A stretch of 64,000 nt of DNA from Chromatiales bacterium 21-64-14 (lineage in GTDB: Bacteria; Pseudomonadota; Gammaproteobacteria; 21-64-14), in the NCBI GenBank assembly GCA_002255365.1, contig NCBI01000003.1, positions 71,495-135,494 on the forward strand. Reading direction: 5' to 3'. The translations under genes and the position numbers were made by a program. Under the pieces are notes generated by a model. The model was not told where the DNA came from. It saw only the letters and a program-made list of their open reading frames with translations, and did no database searches. This document shows positions 18,531-28,191 of this stretch, in pieces (within the stretch, counting starts at the first letter, position 1; each line of letters begins with the position of its first letter).

Positions 18531-19970
18531 GTGAAATCCTATACCGCAGTCCTGCTCGCGCTTGTCCTTGCATCGGTCTCAACTGCAGGCCGGGCCGCGG
18601 GGCATCCCGCCATCGCGGTGTCAAGCCTGGAGTTCGGCCCGTTCGGGACCGTAACACTCTATCAGACCGCGCCGCATCCACGCCGCATCGTGCTCTTCGC
18701 ATCCGGCGACGGTGGTTGGAAACTCGGCGTAGTGGACATGGCCCGCGCGTTGGCGACACAAGATGCCCTGGTGGCGGGATTCAACACGGTGCACTACCTG
18801 CACGCCCTGGAGCATGGTGCGGGACCGTGCGCCTACGCGGCGGCGGATCTCGAGAACCTCAGCCAATATCTTCAGAAACGCGCTGGGCGCGCCCACTATA
18901 CACAACCGGTGCTGGCCGGCTACTCATCGGGAGCAACCCTGGTCTACGTGGCCCTCGCACAAGCACCGCCGAACACCTTCCGGGGTGGGCTCAGCCTCGG
19001 CTTCGGCCCGGAACTCCCAGTGACGAAGCCCTTCTGCCGGGGCGCCGGGCTGCGGTCGACACCGGGGTCGAAGCACAAGGGATACCGGTTCATCCCGGGC
19101 CGGGCTCTGGCGGCGCCATGGGCAGTGCTGCAGGGCACCATCGATAAAGTGGCGAGCCCCGCGGCGACCGAATCCTTCGTTGCCAAGGTCCCGGGCGCCC
19201 GGTTGATCGTGCTGCAGAAAGTGGGACACGGTTACTCCGTGCCACGGCATTGGATACCCCAGTTCTACGCGGCGTTCCAGTCCGTGGCGCAGGTCCCGGT
19301 CGCCCCGCGCACAGCCACAGACGCCGACCTCAAGGGTCTGCCTCTGGTGGAGGTCCCCGCGGCCAAGGACACCGGCGATACGCTCGGCGTGGTCATTTCG
19401 GGAGACGGGGGATGGGCCGGAATCGACCGCCAGCTGGCGGAACAACTCGCCGCGGAGGGAATCCCGGTGGTGGGCCTGGACTCACTTCAGTATTTCTGGA
19501 ACCGGCGTACACCAGACGGCGCGGCGCTCGACCTGGCGCGCATCCTGAACCACTATCTGACCCGCTGGCATCGTCAAAAGGTGATTCTGATCGGCTATTC
19601 CCGCGGCGCGGATGTATTGCCCTTCATGACCGACCGCTTGCCGCCGGAGTTACTGCGCCGTATCACGGTGGTCGCTTTGCTGGGGCCGTCCCCCACCGTG
19701 GATTTCGAATTTCATCTCACGGACTGGCTGCACAACGGTTCCGACACGGCACACTATGCGGTGTTGCCTCAGGTCGAGAAGCTACACGGACCACGGGTAC
19801 TGTGCTTCTATGGCGTGGCGGAACGTGACAGCCTCTGCCGGAAGCTCGACCCCGCCCGCTACGGTATCGTCGAGATGCCCGGCGGGCATCACTTCGACGG
19901 GCGCTACCGCGCAATCGCCGACCGCATACTCGCCACGGCCCAGGCAACGCCCGTGCGCAGTGCCGACTGA
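18531..19970 (+). CDS. AcvB/VirJ-family secreted alpha/beta hydrolase (aminoacyl-phosphatidylglycerol hydrolase-like)
   Basis: GTG start 10 nt after the mprF stop. Signal peptide, duplicated alpha/beta-hydrolase halves and GYSRGA/GYSSGA nucleophile elbows. The mprF-acvB pairing is conserved in Agrobacterium, Rhizobium and Pseudomonas. Confidence 0.75.
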   Translation: MKSYTAVLLALVLASVSTAGRAAGHPAIAVSSLEFGPFGTVTLYQTAPHPRRIVLFASGDGGWKLGVVDMARALATQDALVAGFNTVHYLHALEHGAGPCAYAAADLENLSQYLQKRAGRAHYTQPVLAGYSSGATLVYVALAQAPPNTFRGGLSLGFGPELPVTKPFCRGAGLRSTPGSKHKGYRFIPGRALAAPWAVLQGTIDKVASPAATESFVAKVPGARLIVLQKVGHGYSVPRHWIPQFYAAFQSVAQVPVAPRTATDADLKGLPLVEVPAAKDTGDTLGVVISGDGGWAGIDRQLAEQLAAEGIPVVGLDSLQYFWNRRTPDGAALDLARILNHYLTRWHRQKVILIGYSRGADVLPFMTDRLPPELLRRITVVALLGPSPTVDFEFHLTDWLHNGSDTAHYAVLPQVEKLHGPRVLCFYGVAERDSLCRKLDPARYGIVEMPGGHHFDGRYRAIADRILATAQATPVRSAD

Positions 19971-19992
19971 GCGGATACGCCGCGCCGTCGTG

Positions 19993-20544
19993 CTACAACT
20001 GATTGAGGATACGCTGGCGGACCGCCTGGTATTCCTTCTTGGTAATCAACCCCTGCCTGTAGAGTGCATCCACGCGCCGCAAGCGATCGGCCACCGATTC
20101 CGCAGGAACGGTATTCTCGGCGGCGGGTGACGACTGACCCGGAGCCGCTGGCACCGCTACGACTGCCGGTGCGGCCGGTACCGGCGTTTGGTTCTGGGCG
20201 ACCGGGCTGCAATCCAGATGCACCGCGACATTCTTGGACAAGACCGCGTCGTTGACGTGTACACTATAAGGTTTGCAGCCCACCTTGCGCACCGTCAGCA
20301 CACCCATGGCACGGTATTCCAGATTCTGCCAGTCCACCCCCGGCGGAAAAACCTTGTCGGGGACGATGGCCAGAGGCGTCACGCCGATTTCCTCGCCGTT
20401 GGCCAGTATCGTGGCTCCCGACGGCTCCGAACTGATCGTGATCCTGCGCAGGTCTGGGATCGACAGGGTGCTTGCGCAGCCGCCCAAGGCGAGCGTGGAA
20501 CCCAACACCAACATGGTCAGGCCGCGTGCGTCGGTTCGTCTCAT
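19993..20544 (-). CDS. Lipoprotein with a PEGA domain and a C-terminal SHOCT domain
   Basis: Lipobox LALGGC. PEGA-like region (ISSEPSGATILANGEEIGVTP). SHOCT-like tail (RLRRVDALYRQGLITKKEYQAVRQRIL). GGAGGA RBS 9 nt upstream of the ATG. Confidence 0.65.
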   Translation of the reverse strand: MRRTDARGLTMLVLGSTLALGGCASTLSIPDLRRITISSEPSGATILANGEEIGVTPLAIVPDKVFPPGVDWQNLEYRAMGVLTVRKVGCKPYSVHVNDAVLSKNVAVHLDCSPVAQNQTPVPAAPAVVAVPAAPGQSSPAAENTVPAESVADRLRRVDALYRQGLITKKEYQAVRQRILNQL

Positions 20545-20662
20545 CGGAATCGGTCCTCCCCTAGGATATTTGGAATGGTCTGCCTGTCGGCCGCCGCAGT
20601 ATAAACGGGTTTGACGTCACTCAGAAGGAAGGACGGGCAGCAGGGGCTAACTCGGAGCAGTC

Positions 20663-21298
20663 CTACTCAGCGCCGGCGAGGCCGTGCTGAACCGCATACT
20701 GCATCAGCTCGCCGTTGTGACGCAAGTTGAGCTTCTTCAGCACCCGAACCCGGTAGGTACTCACGGTATTCACGCTCAGCGACAACTTCGACGCGATATC
20801 CGAGACCCGGGAACCACCCGCGATCATCCGCAGGATCTGAAACTCCCGATCCGAGAGCATCTCGTGTGCCGGCTTGTCCGGGCGCGCCATGGCCGTAGCG
20901 AGGTGCTCCGCGACCGTAGGCCCAAGATATCGGCCGCCGGAGATAACCTTGCGCACCGCATCCACCAACTCACCCGCCGCGCTGCGCTTGTTGAGATACC
21001 CGGATGCCCCGGCTTTCAAAACGCGGACCGCGTACTGTTCTTCGGGATACATGGTCAAAATCAACACCGGCAGCTTGGGCCAATCCCTGCGGATCTCTTT
21101 GAGCAGTTCCACGCCGCTCCTGCCTGGCAAGGAAACGTCGAGTATCACGACGTCCGGATCCGCATCTGCGATCAGGCTCAGGCAGGCCTCAGCATCGCCC
21201 GCCTCTACGACGTCCATCCGGCTCTCCGCACCCTCTAGGATCTGCCGCAATCCCTGACGTACTACCGGATGATCATCGACAATCAATGCCCTGGTCAT
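20663..21298 (-). CDS. NarL/FixJ-family response regulator (LuxR-type HTH)
   Basis: Receiver domain (LIVDDHPVVRQG, D54 context) and LuxR HTH (LSDREFQILRMIAGGSRVSDIASKLSLSVNTVSTYR). Confidence 0.9.
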   Translation of the reverse strand: MTRALIVDDHPVVRQGLRQILEGAESRMDVVEAGDAEACLSLIADADPDVVILDVSLPGRSGVELLKEIRRDWPKLPVLILTMYPEEQYAVRVLKAGASGYLNKRSAAGELVDAVRKVISGGRYLGPTVAEHLATAMARPDKPAHEMLSDREFQILRMIAGGSRVSDIASKLSLSVNTVSTYRVRVLKKLNLRHNGELMQYAVQHGLAGAE

Positions 21299-21322
21299 AT
21301 CGCTGCATCCTCTGCGCAGAAA

Positions 21323-22174
21323 TCACACCGTCGGGATGGTCACCCGCACCCGCGTACCACGACCCGGCGTGCCATGAATTTGGAAAGTTCCGTCCAACAA
21401 CTCAATCCGCTCACGCATCCCAAGTATGCCGAAGGAAGTCGGACCGGCAATGGCCTCCGGGCTGATCCCACACCCGTCGTCCCTGATCTCCAACAACACC
21501 CGGTGATGTGTGTGCCGCAGGCTGAGCTCGACATGGGACGCCTGCGCGTGGCGCGCCACGTTGGTAAGGGACTCCTGGACGACACGGAACAAGGCGGTGA
21601 TCCGCGGCGTATCCAAGACGATGTCGTCCTCGGGAACCTCCACTTGGCAGGCAACACCGGTGCGCTGCTGAAACTCCCGTGCGCCGCACTCGATCGCCGC
21701 CACCAACCCGATATCATCCAGGGCTTGGGGACGCAGGCCGCTGACCAGACGTGTCATGCTGTCCATGGCCTGATCGATCAGGCCGTTCATTTCCACCAGT
21801 CGCTCGCGCACCGTGGATTCGGACGCGGGCAGCGCCCCCAGGGCTTGTGTGCAATCGAGGCTGAGGGCGGTCAACACGCTGCCGAGCTCATCATGGAGCT
21901 CGCGCGCCAGCGCGGCACGTTCCTGCTCGGTCGAACACTGGACATGGACCGCGAGTCTGCGCAGACGGTCATCCTGAGTCCGGTCCGCGACGTCGCCGGC
22001 GCCCGCCGGGAGACCCGCCTGGGATGCGGTGAGAAACCATGCCATCGCAACCCGGAGCAACCTGCGGAAAGACATCGGCGCTATGACTTTTTCCTGCATT
22101 GGCAATTCAACCGGCATAGTTGGATCCCTACTGGGCGCTACCACGCCATGCCCCTGCGCTCCCGCGTTCGCCAT
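21323..22174 (-). CDS. HisKA_3-type histidine kinase lacking a sensor or TM domain
   Basis: H-box (HDELGSVLTAL) about 60 aa from the N-terminus, then HATPase_c (NVARHAQA, DDGCGIS, GILGMRER). No predicted TM helices and no PAS/GAF room. Start codon uncertain (ATGs at 22174, 22117, 22099 and 22075). Confidence 0.75.
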   Translation of the reverse strand: MANAGAQGHGVVAPSRDPTMPVELPMQEKVIAPMSFRRLLRVAMAWFLTASQAGLPAGAGDVADRTQDDRLRRLAVHVQCSTEQERAALARELHDELGSVLTALSLDCTQALGALPASESTVRERLVEMNGLIDQAMDSMTRLVSGLRPQALDDIGLVAAIECGAREFQQRTGVACQVEVPEDDIVLDTPRITALFRVVQESLTNVARHAQASHVELSLRHTHHRVLLEIRDDGCGISPEAIAGPTSFGILGMRERIELLDGTFQIHGTPGRGTRVRVTIPTV

Positions 22175-22615
22175 TCCAGGGGCGCCCCTCTGCTGCGGGC
22201 TTAGGCCGCGCCATGGGCGTCACCATCAGGTATTGCGGAACTTTCGCGTAAAAGTCAACTCCCGGAATTATGGATGGGTTCCGGTTTTTCCGGTTGTTTT
22301 CACCCAATCCTGAAATTGGACCGTATTCTCCCCCAAGAGTTGCGTCGAAATTCACGACCGGCCACCCGCGGTAGCCCGGGGACCGGTCCTTGAGGTCATC
22401 CTACTCCCCTAAGCCGCGCCACGACAGTTGGTTACCTCAGACCTCGGAGGGGTACGCCGGCCCGGATCCGCCACAGCGGGTCGATACCGCGCGCACGACT
22501 GTGATATACAGGGGCAACTTCCCGAGGCGGGAGTGCCAGAGGGCGACGCCGGTCGCGCCCGACGCCCGCATACCACCACCCCGCCCGCTGGCGGCGCTCC
22601 TGGAGAATCATATCG

Positions 22616-23215
22616 ATGCCCCCCTCGCGTTGGGCCCGATCCACCCGCCTGCTGCATTTTGGCCTCGCGATCACGGTCACGTTGCAGCTCCTTCTGAGCC
22701 TCGGCATGGAGGCGCCCCATAAAGGGCATACCGCCACTGGCCTGCCGGCGGGATTGTTCGAGGCCCACGAGTACATCGGGCTGATGGCGCTGACGATCGT
22801 CCTGATCCACTGGGCCTGGAGCCTGCGCGCCCGGGACGCCGGGGGGCTGCGCCACCTCTTCCCCTGGACCCGGACAGGGCGGGGGCAGGTCGCCGCGGAG
22901 CTCCGTGACCTCCTGCGTCGCCGTCTCCCGCCCGGGGGGCCGGACGGGGGCTTGGCGGGACTCGTCCACGGGCTTGGGTTCCTGGCGGTCACTGGGATGG
23001 CGCTCACCGGCGGGGCCCTGTTCGTCCTGCTGCCGGAACATGGCGATCCGGGGCCGCTGACCCACGACCTGATGGAAGTGCACTCCTTCGTCGCAACCTT
23101 TGTATGGGTGTACTGGTTTGGCCACTTGGGACTGGCCCTGGTCCATCACTACGCCGGCCACGACACCCTACGCGCCATGTTCCGGCTGTCCGACTCCCCG
23201 CCGGACCCAAACTAG
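22616..23215 (+). CDS. Cytochrome b561 family protein (CybB-like)
   Basis: 4-TM layout with conserved His residues in TM helices (HFGLA, HWAWS, HSFVAT, HHYAGH). GGAGA RBS upstream. Confidence 0.75.
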   Translation: MPPSRWARSTRLLHFGLAITVTLQLLLSLGMEAPHKGHTATGLPAGLFEAHEYIGLMALTIVLIHWAWSLRARDAGGLRHLFPWTRTGRGQVAAELRDLLRRRLPPGGPDGGLAGLVHGLGFLAVTGMALTGGALFVLLPEHGDPGPLTHDLMEVHSFVATFVWVYWFGHLGLALVHHYAGHDTLRAMFRLSDSPPDPN

Positions 23216-23474
23216 GCGGCTTGACCCGGGGTCGGCCGGTCCGGCCCCAGGCCAAGCCGGGCAGATGGCACCGCGCACTTCCTGGTAGGCCATTCCGCCG
23301 TTGCCCGCCGTTGCCTTGGCCCAACGAAAGTCGTATATAGTGGCTGCGCGCAACCACTGTGGGCCTGGAACCGCGAAGGGATCGCTGGTCACCCGGCCCG
23401 CACGTCTGCCGTAATGCTTTACACTACAACGTATCCACGCGTACGCACCCCGTACGCAAGCGAGGAGCACACAG

Positions 23475-23870
23475 ATGAAAAGGTTTACTCGTCAGGTTGC
23501 CATAGTTGGTGCCGCGGCATTGTTCGGTTTGGCGACCGTACTTCCGGCGATGGCCGCCGACACGACCACTGGCGCACCGGCGAACCCAAGCGCCGCGGCG
23601 GAAGCACCAGCAGTCAAACACACGCCGACGGCGGTACATCACAAGGCTTCCCACGTTCACGCCCATAAGGCGATGCACAAGCACCCGATGGTCAATGCGC
23701 GGGTAAAGGAAGCACAGGAAGCCCTCAACAAGGACGGCTACAAGATGAAGGCCGATGGCATCATGGGCAAGAAGACCCGTGCGGCACTGAAGGAGTTTCA
23801 GGCCAAGCACGGACTGAAGGCCACTGGGCAGTTGAACAGCGCGACTCTGAAGAAACTCCACGGGGGCTGA
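23475..23870 (+). CDS. Secreted peptidoglycan-binding-domain protein with a His-rich linker
   Basis: AGGAG RBS and signal peptide. C-terminal PG_binding_1-like motif (LNKDGYKMKADGIMGKKTRAALKEFQAKHGLKATGQLNSATLKKL). His-rich segment HHKASHVHAHKAMHKH. Confidence 0.7.
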   Translation: MKRFTRQVAIVGAAALFGLATVLPAMAADTTTGAPANPSAAAEAPAVKHTPTAVHHKASHVHAHKAMHKHPMVNARVKEAQEALNKDGYKMKADGIMGKKTRAALKEFQAKHGLKATGQLNSATLKKLHGG

Positions 23871-23913
23871 TACCGTAAGCAACGCCACGCAACTGCATGG
23901 CGCGGCCATATAC

Positions 23914-23951
23914 GTCGCCCGCGGGTATTTGCCCGCGGGCGACGGTTTTTA
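23914..23951 (+). terminator. Rho-independent terminator
   Basis: gtcgcccgcggg-tatttg-cccgcgggcgac followed by ggttttta. A 12-bp GC-rich perfect stem plus a T-tract, 44 nt after the stop of the PG-binding gene. Confidence 0.6.
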
Positions 23952-24275
23952 TAGATTCGACCGACGACCGAAACCGCGCTTTCCAGCTCCGATATCATAA
24001 TCAGCCATATCTAGTCCACGGACGTCTCGTCCGGACGCAGCAGACCGCGTTTGCTCCCCGCCCAGTGGCTCTAACGAAACGGCACGGGTCCACACGTCCG
24101 GCCCGCATTCACGCAAGATGCCCACGGCGCCGACGCGAGACGAGGACTGTCCCCTGCACGAATCCGTAAACAACGCTTCATCTTCGCACCACGTCCCCGT
24201 CGAAACAAAGGAAAACGTGGCCAAGACCAGGAACTCCAGGCTACCATCCAAGGTCGTAGAAGGACGCACGACGAC

Positions 24276-27179
24276 TTGAGAACCTATGTGAAACACCCCC
24301 TAGCCTCCATCCCTGCCCAGTCTCCTGCGGTAGCCACCGATGCACTCGCCAGGCCCAGGCGTACTCCGTGCGCCCCATCGCGCTGGCGCTACGGGGCGGG
24401 TGCGGCGAACACCGTTGCGAGAGGCGGACTAATCCCGAAATCGCCTGGCCACTTCTACCACTGCGGCCAATCTGGCTCTGGCAGGCAGGGGCGGCGTACG
24501 GCGCGCCCGCTGACCGGATACCTCGTATTCGGCCTGCTTTGCGTAGCCCTCGCAGCGGGCCGCGCCGCCGGAGCGGCCACCAAACATCCGGACGGGGCCG
24601 TCCGCGCCACGCTCCGCAATGGACTGCAAGTAGTGGTTGTGCCCGACCCGCTGGCGCCGGTAGTCACCACGCAGTTGAATTATCTGGCCGGGTCCAATGA
24701 GGCACCGGCCGGCTTCCCGGGCATGGCGCACGCACAGGAACACATGATGTTCCGGGGCAGCCCGGGGCTGTCCGCGGACCAGCTCGCCTATATCGGCGCC
24801 GGCATGGGGGGCGATTTCGATGCCGACACCCAACAGACCGTCACCCAATACACGTTCACCGTGCCCGCGCAGGACCTGGACGTGGTCCTGCATATCGAGG
24901 CGGTCCGCATGCGCGGCGTATTGGACACCGAGGCCTTGTGGCGTCAGGAACGGGACGCCATCGAACAGGAGGTCGCGCAGGATCTCTCCAGCCCCGAGTA
25001 CCGCCTCTACACCCACATGCTGGCAACCCTCTTCCGCGGCACGCCCTACGCCCACGATGCGCTGGGCACCCGCGCCTCCTTCCAACGCACCACCGGCGCG
25101 ATGCTGCGAAAATTTCATCGCGCTTGGTACGCGCCCAACAACGCGATCCTGGTAATTGCCGGGGACGTGCAACCCCAGCATGCGATCGAGGCGGTACGCC
25201 GGCTGTTCGGGTCCATACCCCGACGTGCCCTGCCCCACCGGCCGGCGATCCGTCTCATGCCGATCCGGTCGGGGACACTGCACCTGCGCACCGACCAAGC
25301 ATACGGGATGGACGTGATCGGCTTTCGCATGCCGGGGACCGACAGCCCGGACTATGCCGCCGCCCAGATCCTGGCGGACGTCCTCAACAGCCCCCGTGGC
25401 AGCCTGTATGCCCTGGTGCCGGCGGGCAAGGCCCTGATGGCCGGCTTCACGGCCGATGCCTGGCCAGGCGCCGGGATGAGTCTAGCGGTGGCGGCCTTCC
25501 CCCGGGGCGCCGATGCCAGCGCCCTGATGAAACAGTTGCGCCGGACACTGGAGCAGGTGGCAAGCCACGGCGTACCGCCGGAGTTGGTGGAGGCGGCGAA
25601 GCGCCGTGAAGAGGTGTCGGCCGCATTCTGGGGAAACTCGGTATCGGACCTGGCCAATGCCTGGTCCCAGGCGTTGGCCGTGGAAGGACGCCGCGCGCCG
25701 CAGGACGACGTTGAGGCCATCCGGCGTGTCACGCCTCAGGACGTGGCGCGTGTTGCGCGCCGTTACCTGGACCTGAACCACACCGTAACCGCTATCCTCA
25801 CACCCGAGTCCTCGGGCAAGCCGGCCGCCTCCAAGGGTTTCGGCGGCAAGGAATCCTTTACCCCGCGCGAGACCCGGGCGGCCGCGCTGCCCGAATGGGC
25901 GCGTCAGGCCATGGGGCGTCTCACGGTACCGGTTTCTACGGTTCATCCGGTCACCACACTGCTGCCCAACGGCCTGCGTCTGATCGTGCAGCAGGAGACC
26001 GTCACCCGCACCGTCAGCGTCTATGGACGCGTGCGTACCAATTCGGATCTCGAGACACCCAAGGGACAAGACGGCGTCGCCGGTATCCTCGGAGACCTGT
26101 TCTCCTATGGCAGTACGCACCTCGACCGCCTTGCATTCCAGAAGGCCCTGGACGCGATCGGCGCCAGCGAGTCCGCAGGCTCGGATTTTTCCCTGGCGGT
26201 ACTGGCCGGTGATTTCGACCGCGGCGTACAGCTCCTCGCGGACAATCTGCTGGACCCGGCGCTGCCGGCCCACGCCTTCGGCATCATCCGCCGGCAACAA
26301 GCCGCGACGACCGCCGGCAACCTGCGCAGCCCCGATTACCTGGCCGGGCGGGCCCTGGGCCGCGCCCTGTTCCCGGCCCGCGACCCCACCCAGCGCGAGG
26401 CCACTCCCGCCACCATCGACGCCTTGACCCTGAAAGATGTGGCGAACTACTACCGGGCGACGTTCCGGCCGGACCTGACCACGATCGTGGTCATCGGCGA
26501 CGTGAGCCCGCGACAAGCCCGCTCGGTGATCATGAAATACTTCGGCGACTGGAAGGCATCGGGGCCCAAGCCCAACACTTGGCTGCCACCGGTCCCGCCC
26601 AGCGGACCTTCCATCACCCGCGTGCCCGACCAGAGCCGCGTGCAGGACCAAGTAACCCTGGCGGAGACCCTGGGCCTGACCCGGTCCAACCCCGATTACT
26701 ACGCGCTGCAATTGGGCAACCACGTACTGGACGGCGGCTTCTATGCCACCCGCCTGTATCGCGACCTGCGTCAGGATCGCGGCTTGGTCTATTACGTGTC
26801 GTCGGGCTTCCAAGTGGGGCGGACCCGCGGGATATACATGGTCAACTACGGGTGCGATCCACCCAATGTCGCCCGCGCGCGCGCGATCATCGTGCGGGAT
26901 CTGAGCAGCATGCAGACGACACCCGTGAGCCCGGCCGAACTGCACCAGGCGAAGGCCCTGGCGCTGCGTGAGATTCCGCTCGCGGAGGCCAGCGTCGGCC
27001 GGATTGCTGGGGGCCTGCTCGGCCGCGCGGTTGAGGGCCTGCCGTTGGACGAACCTACCCGCGCCGCTCAGCACTACATGAAGCTCACTGCTACCCAGGT
27101 CCAACAGGCCTTCGCCCACTGGATACGCCCCGACGAGCTGGCGGAAGTATCGCTGGGACCGGCGCCCCGAAGCCCTTGA
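24276..27179 (+). CDS. M16-family (pitrilysin/insulinase-like) zinc peptidase, two tandem M16 units
   Basis: Signal-like hydrophobic segment (LVFGLLCVALAAGRAAGAA). HAQEHMMFRGS inverted zinc motif, with a second M16 repeat in the C-terminal half. The true start is unclear: the ORF opens at a TTG at 24276, and there is no in-frame ATG/GTG/TTG just before the signal peptide. Confidence 0.8.
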   Translation: MRTYVKHPLASIPAQSPAVATDALARPRRTPCAPSRWRYGAGAANTVARGGLIPKSPGHFYHCGQSGSGRQGRRTARPLTGYLVFGLLCVALAAGRAAGAATKHPDGAVRATLRNGLQVVVVPDPLAPVVTTQLNYLAGSNEAPAGFPGMAHAQEHMMFRGSPGLSADQLAYIGAGMGGDFDADTQQTVTQYTFTVPAQDLDVVLHIEAVRMRGVLDTEALWRQERDAIEQEVAQDLSSPEYRLYTHMLATLFRGTPYAHDALGTRASFQRTTGAMLRKFHRAWYAPNNAILVIAGDVQPQHAIEAVRRLFGSIPRRALPHRPAIRLMPIRSGTLHLRTDQAYGMDVIGFRMPGTDSPDYAAAQILADVLNSPRGSLYALVPAGKALMAGFTADAWPGAGMSLAVAAFPRGADASALMKQLRRTLEQVASHGVPPELVEAAKRREEVSAAFWGNSVSDLANAWSQALAVEGRRAPQDDVEAIRRVTPQDVARVARRYLDLNHTVTAILTPESSGKPAASKGFGGKESFTPRETRAAALPEWARQAMGRLTVPVSTVHPVTTLLPNGLRLIVQQETVTRTVSVYGRVRTNSDLETPKGQDGVAGILGDLFSYGSTHLDRLAFQKALDAIGASESAGSDFSLAVLAGDFDRGVQLLADNLLDPALPAHAFGIIRRQQAATTAGNLRSPDYLAGRALGRALFPARDPTQREATPATIDALTLKDVANYYRATFRPDLTTIVVIGDVSPRQARSVIMKYFGDWKASGPKPNTWLPPVPPSGPSITRVPDQSRVQDQVTLAETLGLTRSNPDYYALQLGNHVLDGGFYATRLYRDLRQDRGLVYYVSSGFQVGRTRGIYMVNYGCDPPNVARARAIIVRDLSSMQTTPVSPAELHQAKALALREIPLAEASVGRIAGGLLGRAVEGLPLDEPTRAAQHYMKLTATQVQQAFAHWIRPDELAEVSLGPAPRSP

Positions 27180-27385
27180 CCCGGGGATAGACTCGCCCCC
27201 TGTGACTCCGGCGCAATACCCTTGCACCGTGCCCCGGTTCTGATAGGCTGTGCGCGGTTCCGGTTCCCGGCGCCGGGTGTTCGCCGTCCGTTTGCGCCCG
27301 CGGTGTAATTGCGTCATGTCCGCCGCGGCCTAGACGTCGCTGCACGGACCCGGCCAGGATCCACCACCGCGGGTCAGGCCCATCT

Positions 27386-28150
27386 ATGTCAACGCATCCG
27401 GCGCTCGACGCCGCGTTTCTCCTCGGCCATCCCCTCAGCTTTGCGGCCGCGCTCCTGGTGGTGTTCGCCGCCTTCTACGTGCGTGCAACCATCGGCTTCG
27501 GATCCGGTCTGATCTCGGTATCGCTGCTCACCCTGCTGTTCCCGATCAAGGCAGTGGTCCCGGTAGTTCTGCTGCTGGACCTGTTAGGCGCGCTGGCGCT
27601 GGGCGCCTACGACCTGCGTCAGATGCGACCCCGAGAGCTCGGCTGGCTGCTTCCGGGAAGTCTGCTCGGAGTCCTGGCCGGCGCCCAGGTGCTACGCGAC
27701 AGCGCCGCCCAGCAGCTCACCCTGTTCCTGGGACTGTTCATCATCGCGTATGTCCTCTACGCGGTGCTGATCAAACCGGAACGACTGCCGCGGATTGGCC
27801 CGGCCTGGGCCCTGCCCCTCGGGTTGCTCGGTGGCGTGATCGGAAGCCTTTACGGCGGCGGTGGCCCCCCCATTGTGGCCTACCTGCAGATGCGTCACTT
27901 GGACAAGCGGGCCTTCCGCGCCACGTTTCAGGCCATCGCATTGGTCGACAACGGGGCCCGCGGCTTCGTGTATGCGGCCTTCGGACTGATGTACCTCCCG
28001 CAGGTCGAGGCATTCATGGTACTCGCCCCGGCAGTACTGGCAGGCCTGCTACTGGGCAACCGCCTCCACTTCCGGATCCGCCATGAAACCTTCCTGCGCG
28101 CCACCCTGGCAGTGCTGTTTGCGGTGGGGATGAAGTATCTGCTGTATTAA
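27386..28150 (+). CDS. TauE/SafE-family sulfite exporter-like membrane protein
   Basis: 254 aa, 7-8 TM segments, internal duplication with glycine-rich motifs (GFGSGLISVS and GSLYGGGGPP). Confidence 0.8.
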   Translation: MSTHPALDAAFLLGHPLSFAAALLVVFAAFYVRATIGFGSGLISVSLLTLLFPIKAVVPVVLLLDLLGALALGAYDLRQMRPRELGWLLPGSLLGVLAGAQVLRDSAAQQLTLFLGLFIIAYVLYAVLIKPERLPRIGPAWALPLGLLGGVIGSLYGGGGPPIVAYLQMRHLDKRAFRATFQAIALVDNGARGFVYAAFGLMYLPQVEAFMVLAPAVLAGLLLGNRLHFRIRHETFLRATLAVLFAVGMKYLLY

Positions 28151-28191
28151 CGGAGCGTCGGCGCAGCGCCGGTGGCCACCGCCCGTCGCGC

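Noticed and set aside
25482-27317. 611-aa minus-strand ORF
   Set aside because: Antisense to the M16 peptidase, which carries the HxxEH zinc motif. Low-complexity composition.
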